This document shows, in pieces, positions 39,941 through 51,900 of a stretch of 64,000 bases of DNA. Position 1 is the stretch's first letter; the number at the start of each line of letters is the position of its first letter. A program made the position numbers and the translations under genes. This DNA comes from Setoptus koraiensis (lineage: Eukaryota; Animalia; Arthropoda). The notes under the pieces are model-generated. The model was not told where the DNA came from. It was given only the letters and a program-made list of their open reading frames with translations, and did no database searches. The stretch covers positions 16,430,001-16,494,000 of the forward strand of contig CM106586.1 in NCBI GenBank assembly GCA_048013815.1. The letters are read 5' to 3'.

Positions 39941-40869
39941 GTGAGCCGTCTGAATGAGAGATTGCATTAATTAGCTGTGCAATATGGATTAGGGTGCCGG
40001 CCACAGATAGCGAGCCCGGTTGCAAGATGAAAATCAATTAGGCGTGTGGCATGACGCGCAAACAAGAATAATCGCCGCTTGCTTGTTCAATTGGCCGCTA
40101 TGAAACCGGCGGCTATGTGCAATTGGCTAATTATACAAAGTGTCGAGCGAGTATTTGGGGCCGCCGAATTGACCGAATTAATTGAGCTCACCTCCGTTCG
40201 AGCGGTCGACAGCAGATTAATTCAGATGATGTGATTTGCGAATCGGGCCTGTCAAAGCGTCAAACAAAGCCAACTGATTCACTAACTGGTCAGCGGAATG
40301 GCAACACGAGGTGTTGTGCCGTTGTGATCGTGTTGGACGGCTGGCCAAAATGCCCCCGACGGCGGCTCGTGGGTATAGTAGGGTATGTATGCGTTTATAA
40401 TGAACCGGCACGAGTGGCGCAACCAACCAACAAATGACCGAACAACAACAAATCTGATCATCATCATCATTATAATGCCCAGTTCGGGTAGTCGTCGGTT
40501 TGTTTTGGTTGGCGGCCATGACCAACAAACAAACAAACAAATGACATAATCAATTCAATTTGATCGCCGTTGGTCTGGCCGCCAAGACGGACGGACTCAA
40601 TTGGGTCGCACGTAACTCGCCGTCAGCGCTTATTACTGGCGCGGCCACGAATGGTTGCAGTTATGACTTGGCCACAACATATATATATATATATATTTAT
40701 ATATTGGTGACACTATATTGCTTGCTAAAATAGCGCCCACCATCAATTATTTTGCTCAGCTTACTGACTGTTATCCGCGCCAGCAAGTAAATGCTTGCAT
40801 TGCACCGCATTTGCACCGCATTTGTGTTTGTGTGACGCAATCGGGGCCCATTCTGGTGTCCAGTAATTC

Positions 40870-40970
40870 GGCCAGCAAGTAACCAGCGATTGGGCCAGCA
40901 AGTGACCGGCGATTGGGCCAGCAAGTGACCGGCGATTGGGCCAGCAAGTAACCAGCGATTGGACCAGTAA
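40870..40970. repeat. 23-bp tandem array (ccagcaagtaaccagcgattggg), about 4 copies
   Basis: Read directly; boundaries approximate. Confidence 0.85.
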
Positions 40971-42432
40971 GTAACGGTGCAAGCCGCAGCGCGAAATAGC
41001 GCTGTTGTCGCGGATTGATTAACCGCCAGCGTTTGGGCCAAGATGATAGATAATGGCAAAATGAATGCGACACACACACAGGCTCTGGTGTCAGTTGCAA
41101 GTATCCGCTACCAACTCACCACCATTGCAACCCAATCTGACTCGGGCCGGCCATCCTATTAACGGTACATTACCGGTATTTACGTCGGCGGCATTATGCA
41201 ACCATGAATGATGATGCAGATTTGAATGGCGTCGAGTCAATGCGCGCTGTCGTTGATATTCATACATTATTGATTGTTGTTCCATCTTATTTCTCGTACC
41301 GGCCTCGTATCGTCGGGCACGCGCGCACGTCAGCGCGTGCCCGTATTAATACGCGCATAGCTTGCCAACAACATGACGCCGCCGCCGCCGCCAATCCAAA
41401 TCCGCTCGCCGGGGCCCCAGCGCTGGGGCCCCGGCGAAGGATCTGCCAGACAGATGTCATCTACACTTGACAATAATAACTGCTGTTCGTTGATTGCGCG
41501 CACACAAATACAAACGCAAAGTTTTATCGCCAACCAATGTAACTCTCCAATGCCGCTGGCCCACTAATCCTCGATACAGTGTGTGTGTGTGCATCAACTG
41601 GCCATAATTCACCACATTTATACACAATGAGGCCCGCAAACAATTTCTCTCTAGTCTATGCAACTGGCGAGGCTGGCTGGCCGGGGCCATGCTTCACTAG
41701 GCCGGCTCAATAAGTTCACAATTGAGTCGCTCAACAGCGCCAACCATATATGATATGTGACATAATTGATCGAAATATTCGCGCATCATTTGTTGCCCAT
41801 GAACGGCCAACTCGATCGGCCTCGCAATCGAATCCGCACGACGCACCACACACACAACCACAATCACAACTGGCCAGAGTGATTCGGATTCGATTAGATT
41901 TCGGTCCCAATCTGACGCTTGTTTGTATGGCCAGAGCTGTTTCCGCTAACCACAAAGAAAAATTCGTCCCTGTGCGCCAAATACAGTGCCACTCATACAG
42001 TTTATACGAAAATTTCTGCCGCTCCTCTTGTTAGCTAGACTGAATAACTGTTGAATTTAATGAGCCGAGCAGGATAAACAATAATAGAGCCGCGTGCGCC
42101 ACTTACCGCATCGTAGACCACCACAAACAGCGGCCACCTTTCTGGGCAAACTTTTCAAAATCGTCACGAAACGCGAGACGCAAACAGTCGCTAACGTTGC
42201 AAAGCGAACCACACCCGCCAGAGGCCACTTCCGCTTTTCAGGCAGTGATAGAAAAAAGAGTGACACCGATTTTCGATTGACGCGACCGCCATGGCCACTC
42301 GAAACCACCGACAGGCGCTCGACGCCAGAAGGAGACTTTCGGGGAGCCTCCTCCTTTGCGCCAACCGGTTTTTTAGGTAATTCCGGTTTTTTCGCGCTTT
42401 TAACCGGTTCGTCTTGGTCTGAGTCCGATAGG

Positions 42433-42621
42433 TAGGGTAGGGCAAATCGATTCCGAGCCGAATTATCCCTGTGCATGGCAAAAACCCTAGGAATTTTCTA
42501 GCGAGTCATTCTTATCATAGGGATGATTTTGAGACGCATTTGTAGTCACCGAAAAAATGCTACATTTCCTCCCATAAGAACCGATTTTGGTTGATTTTAG
42601 TGATCGATTTGCCCTACCCTA
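42433..42621. mobile_element. MITE, 185 bp between TA dinucleotides, with perfect terminal inverted repeats
   Basis: TAGGGTAGGGCAAATCGAT (42433-42451) and ATCGATTTGCCCTACCCTA (42603-42621); no ORF. TA at both ends fits a Tc1/mariner-type target duplication. Confidence 0.85.
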
Positions 42622-42684
42622 CTTATGTCAGTAAGTAATGAAGGATTTTGTTCCTGATTTTTATAATTGATAACCTTCAAAGAT

Positions 42685-43045
42685 ATGGAACAGTTACTAA
42701 ATAATTACAGAATTATGGACGACCAATTAGCTTATCTGGATATTCTATCATTACAACCAGAGTTTAATATACAAGAAGTATGGTCATTTGTGCCTGCCGA
42801 AACGAATCAATCGCAAAATTCTCTATATCCCATGGTCGATCCTAGTGAAGTTCGTCCAATGCAGCCAATTACAGACGAGGTTTGTTCGCCGAGGGCGCGA
42901 GCTAGCTCCTCTAAAATGGAGGTTAAGCAGAGTGCTCTCCACTGTCAACAAAAACAGTGGATATCCAGCAGAAATTGACAGTTCGTGAGAGACAACTCGA
43001 ACTTCGAAGACAAGAAGCTCATCAATTGCAGTTGCGTGATTACTA
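42685..43045 (+). pseudogene. Decayed coding fragment of unknown origin between the two MITE copies
   Basis: ORF MEQLLNNYRIMDDQLAYLDIL... (97 aa) and, after an apparent frameshift, coiled-coil-like DIQQKLTVRERQLELRRQEAHQLQLRDY ending at the second MITE. AT-richer than the host intron. Confidence 0.35.
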
Positions 43046-43157
43046 GGGTAGGGCAAATCCGTTCCGAGCCGAACTATTCCTGTGCGTGGCAAAAACCCTA
43101 AGAATTTTCTAGCGAGTCATTCTTATCATAAAGATGATTTTGAGACGTATCTGTGGT
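43044..43157. mobile_element. Truncated second copy of the same MITE (left 114 bp)
   Basis: Aligns without gaps to 42433-42546 with 11 mismatches in 114 nt by hand count; right TIR absent. Confidence 0.82.
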
Positions 43158-43231
43158 ATCGGCGATAGGTTATTTGGCGCCACATTATGATGATGCGGCC
43201 TCAATCAGCCAGCCAGGGGCCCCCTGAGGCC

Positions 43232-43436
43232 TTCGAAATTTTCGAGCTTTCCGAAATTTTGAGATCTCCGGAATTTCGAGATTCCCGAAATTTTCGAGAT
43301 TCCTGAAATCTTGACATTTCCGAAATTTCTATATTTCCAAAATTCCCGCATTTCCGAAATTTTCGATCTTTTTGAAACTTCGGCGTTTCCGAAATCTTCG
43401 AGATCTCGGAAATTTCAGAAACTTCCGAAATCTTTC
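43232..43436. repeat. Degenerate CCGAAATTT/TTCGAG tandem array
   Basis: Read directly; about 9-10 bp imperfect period. Confidence 0.75.
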
Positions 43437-43529
43437 ATCGCATATCGCGTATGGAAGGCCGCTGCGTGATTCCTTCGTCGCGAGCTGCACACACGTCGAA
43501 ATCCGACAACATATTCCTTTCGGCTGATA

Positions 43530-44095
43530 AAGATCGGGCCATGGGCAGTCTGACTAGTGACGAGCCGGCCTGAAGATTGAAATATTTCACAGCGAATAAA
43601 AAATGGTGAGATCAACTCCAGATGATTGCATTGCGACACAAATGCTCAAAAACGACCGGAACCTGGTCTTGGTGACACAAAGTGGCACCATTTCGCCCAG
43701 GAAATCATGACAAATACCATCGTTCGTCATTGAAGCCGTGATTTAATCATTTTTTGTCAGACGAAATTTGGATTCAGGTCCGGCTTACTGGCGATATCCG
43801 TCGACGTTCACTGCGCACGCCGGCTGGTCAATGAGGCATGTGAGTACGGACACTGGCACCGGAATGACCGATTTCGTAGTTGTGAATTTTTCACAAATGC
43901 CGCGATTCATCGGTAGTTGTTTGTAAACCAGCGGAAGAACAACGAAAGAGACGATTGTTGGGCATGGTGACGAGCGAATGGGCTCACGTTGCGAGCAATT
44001 TTATCGGTAACGCAACCAGACGTGAATTGGACAGTTGATTTCGCACTCAAAGAGAACGCCAATGGGCCAGGGTGCCGTTTTGTGCCCCGTTGGCA
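43530..44095 (+). mobile_element. Degenerate non-LTR retrotransposon reverse-transcriptase fragment
   Basis: Collinear LINE RT motifs across stops and frameshifts: NDRNLVLVT (about NYRPISL), FGFRSG (43767-43784), DVHCARRLVNEACEYG (about D...LRRLIEKxxEY), V.NF/FTNA..DS (about DFxKAFDS), QGAVLCP (44068-44088, about QGxVLSP). Confidence 0.7.
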
Positions 44096-47000
44096 CCTGA
44101 GAACATAACGGGCTAATAGGCCCGGCTTAGGTCACGTATTTTCACTGTTTTGGCGCTGGGAGGAACGGCTATTTAAGTGAGGAATTATTGATCCCGTGGG
44201 CCAGCTCAGCGCCAGTCTGTGAAGCGTGATTATTTTCCAATTCAAGGCCAGCGAAAGAGTTTGCGAGGTTGGTCTGGCGCGCGTCACAGGAAGTGACAGT
44301 GACCACCAGGGCATGGCTGGTGTGTTGTGTTCCGGTTGCTCGCCGGCACTCGGCATTCCGTTGACCTATGAAAATGGTCGCTGATAATTTATGGTCGCGA
44401 ATTGCAATCAAGTGGCAACGCCAAGCGAAACACCAGCAATTGAAATAGGCGTTGGTTGCATCATATTGGCGACGGGCAACTCTCGTCTGATAGGTGAAGT
44501 TTGGCGCGAACAGTTTATTTGGGGGCGCAATTGCTTGCACTGGTCGCCCAAGTCAATCACTCATGCAAGTGACGAATGGCGAGGCTCGCGTGGCGAGAAC
44601 CGCGCCGACGGGCCGGCAAACAGAGCCAAGCAAACACACAAACAACAAATAATAACAGCGCGATGATGGGCCGCGGTTCAAGGTGAATCGCGCGCAATAT
44701 ATTATTAGTTGTCGGGCCGGCTTGGCGCTTCCCGTAGCGCACCGCCAGCGACAAACCGTGCCAATAATCTATATAATATATATAATATATCTAACATGTA
44801 CAATATATATAATGGCGAACAACAGCAGCGCCCGCCAAGAACAATAATAGAGAGGTATTCTGGTTGTTCTGGGAAAAGGGGTCAATTTGTGTTACAATGA
44901 ATAGAACCATCATCAGTTATGACTCTATAGCGCTGGCGCGACCTATAAATAATACCCGGCACAGTGGAAATAAAATAACTGCCGGCTTGCCGGGCGAGCC
45001 CGAATTTGCGCCACTACCGGCGGCTGGCTGGCCGGCCGCTGCCGCACAAATTCGGGCCACCACCTGCGCCGGGAAATGGCGCGGTTCCCGGCGCAGTTAC
45101 CTTTTTGCGAGTTATATTCGCGGGCCCGCGACCGAGCGATCCTTTGATTGTTTCCTCGCCGTCGCCCGTCGCCCGGCACGCCCGCGCCTTTCGCCAAACC
45201 GTGCACGTTGCGCCCTCCGCTAAACCGTGCTCGGTGCGCCGGACAGCGGACGTGGGCGTGCAAACAGTTAATAGTTTGTTCGGCCATCAATATAAAAGCA
45301 TCATTAGGCAGGCGCCGAAATTCTCCCCGCTTCTGTCCGCTTCTGTCCGCTTCTGTCCGCTTCTGTCCGCTTCTGTCCGCTTGTTGCCGTTAGCTGGCCA
45401 CAGTTGTTTCAATAGTTGCAACAGTGCCCAAATGGCGCGGTCTTGCCAAGATTAGCGTGGGCAGCGTTTATTTGCCCGCTCGTTGTGTGTGGTGGGTAAA
45501 CAGTGCGCGGGCCGGCCCGAGACACCGCAACCCAAGGCATCCCGACAACATGTACACGCCATTTCTCTTGCTCTAATTTCATCATTTGTCCTTGCTGTCA
45601 TTGTCGCAGTTGCTGCTGTTGTTGTTGTCGTTCCTCTACCACTGTCCGTCGGTCCACTAATGGCGCGCCACAATACAACTTTGTCCGCCAGTGTAGATGA
45701 TAATTTCATAAGCAGCGCAAGGCGCCCATTTAGGCAAAAGTTATCTCCATCAATGTTGCATCACCAACATGATTTAGTGAGTGTGTGTGTGTGTGGCCAG
45801 CCAACGAAAACTAATGCCCGGCCATTTCTTGCCACTCGGCGGCAAGGCGCCCACTGGCAGAGCGGGCCGCATTCTGTCAGTTAATCAGTCGCGGGATATG
45901 CAAATATGACTGCGCTGATCGGACCGATGCCATAAGCCCGCCACGGGCCCGTCACGAGGCAGCGGCTGCCGCCACCGGTCGAGCGGTCAAGCGAGCAACC
46001 AATCAGGCCCGCCCGCGCTCGGACCGCTCGGGTCGCTTAACGCCAAACAGCTGGCCATTCGGGCAACGCGCGCCCAACGCGCTGCGTCGAGCCCGAGCGG
46101 CCAGAGGCTGTCAGCGGGCGCGCTTTCAGACGCGGGTTCGCCTGCCGAAGATATCAGAATGAATTTAATACTCGTTCAAATGACTTTTTTCAATAACGAT
46201 CCCACACCAGTAACAACTAGAGATATTAACGAACCGCCGCCGCCGCCAAGCGAACAAACAATTGAAATTCGGCCCAGTCGCTCGGGCCGCCGCCACGATC
46301 ATGATCCGCGGGCGCGCCATAACGGCGACCGGCTCAGATGGCGCCGCGTGCTGGCTCAATAAGTATCAATAAATAAGTTTTGGCGGCGTGCCGGCGCCCA
46401 AGACAAACAGTGCGATATTGAGATTGAATTGTTTCTTTTTTGTCTCGGGCTGCGCCTAGTTCCGTTCGCGCTCACCGCTGGCGGATTGTGCCGCGGATTG
46501 GCGGCGACTGGCTGGACAGCGAAGAGAAAGTGCAGTTGTTCTCATCATGCGGCGCGCGATATTGCCGACACGTACACGAGTCAGACGGTCAAGGGGCGCG
46601 AAAAAGATAAATGATGAATGTTTTTAAAGTGAACCGGCCCGCTCTGGCCCATTGTGGCCCCTTCACTGGGGCGCTCATTGCTTGACGGAGCCCGGTCGGC
46701 CGGCTGACGCCTGCTGCCACTTTCACTAAAATATCCACAAACTTGCGCCGAAATACCCGGCGACTTGCACCGAAATACCCGGCGACTTGCACCGAAATAA
46801 CCAGCGATGGCTGTTGGGGATATTTCGTCGGCGGCGGCGGCCTTGCGGGGCCCAATCGATGATTGCGTGGCGAGTCGGCGACCCACTAAGAATTATTATC
46901 TGTTCGGGCAAGTTGTGCGATAGCTGTCCTGAGTGTGTGTGTGTGTGTGTCACACCAGGCGCCCCGAACAATGGGCCGGGCAACTTGGTCGGGACTGCGA

Positions 47001-47375
47001 ACCTCGCAGGGACAACAGCGACAACAAATTGTTCTTTCTCGGCGGCGCCCCGGCCCGCCGAGAGTTTGTGCGCGCCGGCGATAGAATTAAGTGGGATTAA
47101 ATTGAAAAGAAGAGGCGCCAAGAAACAAAATAAATTAAAAATATATATTCGCCCCGAAAACACATAATCCGTTTATGTTTGCAGCGACGCGCAGCGGACG
47201 GCACAACAGTGGGCGCTGCTGGCGCAGGTCGCGGGGCCCCAATCGCCCAATCTAATATAGTTGTCTGATATTGAGCTTTTGCGAGCTTTGCCGCTGCGAG
47301 CCCAGATAAAGTGGGGCCATTGTCGGCAAGAACAAGTTTTTTATTGGGCCCCTTTCAGCGCCGCTCGTCTCGTCG

Positions 47376-47376
<1 letters not shown>

Positions 47377-47442
<66 letters not shown>
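47377..47442. repeat. (CA)33 microsatellite, about 180 nt upstream of neuroligin exon 5
   Basis: Read directly. Confidence 0.95.
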
Positions 47443-47445
<3 letters not shown>

Positions 47446-47620
47446 GAGTGCAGTGACTGGACACAATAAATGACATATGACGCAAGTGTTGGCAATAATT
47501 GTTAATTTAATATTCAATTTACTTTCTCTGCTGGCCCACTCAATGGCGGATAAACGGTGGTATAACTAACTGTTTTGGTCTTTTTTATCCATTATTATCC
47601 ATTCGTGCTCCATTATTCAG

Positions 47621-48744
47621 GCCTGTTCAGGCGCGCCATCATGGAGGACGGGTCAGCGCTGAGTCCGCTAATGTCCGGCTCGCCCAATCAGGCAGCGGCA
47701 ACCGCCGCAAAGGCGTCACAGCAGACGGTGGTTGGCAACAATAACAACAACCACCTACAGCAACACCACAATTCGGCCCTATTGTATTGTCGTCTATTGG
47801 CCAAATTGTGCGATTGTCCGGTCGGGGATGGCGCCCAATCGGTCCAGTCGGCGGCCCCCATCGGAGTCAAGTTGTCGTCGTCAGCGGGCGAGCCGTCACA
47901 ATTAGCCAGCGCGGTGCCAACAACCGCGCTGGCCAACAACTATCTCACCATGATCGATTGTCTGCGTCACAAGCCCCTCGAGGAGCTGACCCAATTGGTG
48001 CCTATGAAGCTGCTAAAACTCGACCAAAATCACGAGCTCACCATGGCCAGAGCCGTGCTGCAAACGGGCAGCTCGGCGCCTAGCTCCGTTGCCGACCAGC
48101 AACAACAGCAACAACAGCAACAACAGCAACAACAGCAACAGCAACAACAACAGGATTACCTGGCGACCACAAACGCCACCAACGAAAACAGTAACAACTT
48201 TGTGCCGGTCGACGCGGACTTCATCAGGGGCTACATACAAAGGGCCACTGTCAACCAGGTGACCAGCATGATGATGGCGCTGGATAATAAAAAAGACACA
48301 CCTACAAATGAGGACACGCAGCGGGCCCCAAACAGAGAGCAGATAATTGATTTTGAGACTTCCGCTTTTGGCGCCATCTATCGTCCGGTGTCCATCAAGC
48401 CATTGTTCGGGCCCGTTGTCGACGGGTCCATTGTGACAGACGATGTCATAAATACAATATTGGATCACAATGTTAGCGCAACAACATTTCACGCCTACGA
48501 CCTGTTAATTGGCCTCTCCAGTCCGTATGCTACCCGAGCGGGAGCCGGCGGCAACGTCGCCACAAGTGGCCAACAACAAACCATCAAGCAAACAAGCAGG
48601 CAACAACGTCCCATGTCGCTATCGGCAAACTTTTTCTACAATCAATTGAACTACTTGCACGAACGCCAGGGGGCCAGCGGCTACGACCAGTTGATAGAGC
48701 TCACGAGCAAGTTCGTGCGAACGTTCTTCAAGTACCACAACCAG
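47621..48744 (+). CDS. Nlg: Neuroligin-like protein, exon 5
   Basis: GLFRRAIMEDGSALSP...LCDCP...MIDCLRHKP...FGPVVDG...YDLLIG...FVRTFFKYHNQ, with poly-Q and Asn-rich inserts; ttcag| acceptor, CAG|gtgagt donor. Confidence 0.93.
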
Positions 48745-48757
48745 GTGAGTCGATCGA

Positions 48758-48880
48758 TTCGGATAACTCCGAAAATTTTGAAAATTCCGAAAATTCGGAC
48801 AATTTCGAAAATTCGGACAATTCATAAAATTGGGAAAATTCCGAAAATTCGAACAATTCCGAAAATTCGGATAATTCAGA
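48758..48880. repeat. 9-bp CCGAAAATT-type array filling most of neuroligin intron 5 (185 nt)
   Basis: Read directly. Confidence 0.85.
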
Positions 48881-48929
48881 TTACATGATTGCAACAATTG
48901 CTGACCGAGTTTCTTCTCATTGTGTGCAG

Positions 48930-51900
48930 GAGATCATCAACGCCATTGTGAATCATTATGCGAATCCGCTGGCCATCTTGAGCCCGTCGGCCGACAAGCA
49001 GCAGCATTCGGCCGGCACAAACACGAGCCAGATCGATCAACAGGAAACGGTGAATTTGTTCGAGTCGATAGCGGAAGCCTTCCACGATGCCTTAACCTAT
49101 GTGCCCGTTCTCAAGACTGGCCTCATTCACGCACAGCAGCGCCTGAGCCGATACTACGAGCCCCTGCTGAATCGAATCATCGGCGATTATTTGAATCAGG
49201 CCAGTCACTCGGACGACAACAACAAGCTGATTTTTGATTTGCTCGACAGCGGCCTCAATGCGACGACATTGCAACAAATCGTCCGACTGGCACTCACTAC
49301 GCCCGCCGTGGCCGACAGAGATGATGCAAAAGCCGTGGGTCATGATGACGAAGAAGATGACATTGGCCTGACGCAACGAGCTCAACGCTCAACTTATTTG
49401 TTTCAGTTCACGGGCACGAGAAATTTCGTCGATCATGTTCTACTGAGGCCACCGGATGTTGGCCAGCCACAAACAGAGGCTAGCCAGCAGCACAATGAAC
49501 TGGCCTACAAGTTGTCGCATATATTGGCCAGTTTTGTGCAATATGGTGAAATAAGCACCACTGACACGGAGTACGTGACAGTGGTTAGCGGTGGCCAGAC
49601 GAAAACAAGCGATCGCCCCAGTGGCTCCAGAGTGCACAGTGACAGCGACACAACAATTGTCACGAGCGACGAGTATGGCGACCATGTCATAGAGGCCAAA
49701 CTGACCGAAAGTCATCAGCGAGAGCTTGTCGCCAGCCACTTCAACTGGCCCCAATTCAATTCGTTTGACCAGAGTTATCTGGAAATCAGTGGGCAGCCGC
49801 CGGAGAGGGCCGATTCTGCACAGCTGAAATTGGAGCAGGTGAACTTGAGCGAAAATCGCGATTATTTGAGACGCGCCTTGTTTTGGTCGAATTTCATATC
49901 GACGCTCAATTGCAGCCGAACTCAGCCCATAATGGCGGGCCCATTGCTGACCGGAAGTCACGCACTTCACCTGGATCAAGCTATTCATCATCAGATGCAA
50001 ACGATGGTGAATTTACAGTTCACGTGCCAGCAGGGACCTAGGACATCGCTGGATTATTTGGTGTCGGGCGCGCAGAGTTATTTCAAGTTGGGCCTGTTGG
50101 CCGGCCAGGCGAAACGACGCGCCCAAGAGCAACAATTGTATCAACAGCAAGCGATGGTCAATTATCGTCGCATTGCCGGCGGGGCCAACATCAGAAATGG
50201 CTCCAGTCAGGCAACTAGGTCCACCTCGATAGATAATTACAATTATGCAAACAGCAGCGAGCCCATAGGAAATTTGCTCTTGCAAACTGTCAGCAGCGAG
50301 AATGGGGGCGCCACTCGACTCGGGGCAACGCAATTTGTGCCTGGCACTGGCAACAAATCGTCGACGGCCAACGAGCTGGCCGTTGATGAGGCCAAACCAA
50401 AGTCGCGCCTACTAAGCCCGCTGAACAGTTTCAATTTGGTGATTATCGCCCTCCTAATGGGTATGGTAACTCTGGCGTGTGTCACAGTGCTGGCGCTTAA
50501 AACAAGCCAGAAAAATCGCAAAAAACGCAGCCAAACGGATAGGCGACGTCGCCAAAAGTGCGACCAGCAGCAGCCGAGGATCGTTTGCGACGGCAGTTTC
50601 TTGTGCGACTCCGAAGAGTCCGACAGATCGCAAATGGTGGCAATGATAGAGCGATTAGACGCAAACAAGCTCGACAACAGGTATCTGCAGGACAATGGCA
50701 ATTCGTTGGCTACTTTGCCAACGACCGTTTGTGATGCGGACGTCAACGGGCGCGACAACGCCGAGACTGTCCTCCACACGAAGAGCCCCAACGCCGGTTC
50801 GGATCCCGCCAACAACCGCTCGAATCGCGAGCATCAGTGCCCCAAGAGCGACCAACAACTGTATCAGCAACAGAGATTTTTGATGATGAACGCCGACGAG
50901 CACCAATTTGGCGACGGTTACTTTGTCGATGGCGTCGAGTACGCGGCCAACGAGCCCAACGGACAGCAACAGCAACAACAACAGCAACAGATTTGTCGGG
51001 CACCGGCCCGACACCAACTGGCCGGCGGATGCCTGAAGAACAACAATGGCGCCCCCCTGGTGGACATGGGCAGAAGTCAAACGCTGGACCGGATATGCGG
51101 CGCCGATTCGCTGCATCACCATCATCACCATCATGGCGCTAATTATAATAATCTGCTGGCCCGACAGCATCTCAACAAGGCCGATTTCAGCGCTGGTGGC
51201 GCGACAAAAAATCGCCGGGTGAAAATATCAGAGGATCAATACAATGTGCACGACGGTGGTCGGCTGGTCGATGCCATGATGAATCATCATCAATCGGTGT
51301 CTAGCAGCGACATAGTGTCGCTGAACAAAATGAAACACGACTACCAAATGGAGATGGTCGACGACATCATAACGAATCACTTCAGTCACCTGATCAAGGT
51401 GCCCACAACCAACAGCGACGCTGCCATACCGGCTAGCAATTGCACCGAACAGCTCGATCTGGACGAGGAACTGGCCCATTCCTCCAACAATCACACACTC
51501 ACAAATACATTGAGTGACATAACAACGGCAACCGGAACCACCACAACCTGCGACGATCAAAATATGCTCGTGCACAACCAACAGGGCTCGCTGTCGTCGT
51601 GCGATCATCATTTGCATCACCATCATCATCAATTGAATCTGGGCGTAGATCATTTTCACGACGATTTCGGCAATGTTCACATGATCGCAATCAACGATCC
51701 AAACACTATTGTCAGTGTGCCAACAAAGCTTTTGAACAGTGGCGCGCCCTCTGGCGCCTCAGGGCCCATTGGACCGCCCGACTCCTACGTCAACTATTCC
51801 GCCTGCCACCTGACCGGCCCCACTGGCGATGGGGAGCCCTTCATGATTGAAACAATCGACACCAATCCGGCCCGAATCCATCAAAACGGACTGCTGACGG

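Noticed and set aside
37085-42300. Nested antisense gene suggested by minus-strand G|GTRAGT donors near 42107, 41119 and 37083 and ORF MEQQSIMYEY...
   Set aside because: No coherent downstream coding exon or recognisable domain, and the donor count is within chance expectation.
48745-48888. Read-through of exon 5 into a KIPKIR-repeat peptide (ORF 47575..48888)
   Set aside because: This is neuroligin intron 5, with a strong donor and acceptor and homology resuming at 48930.
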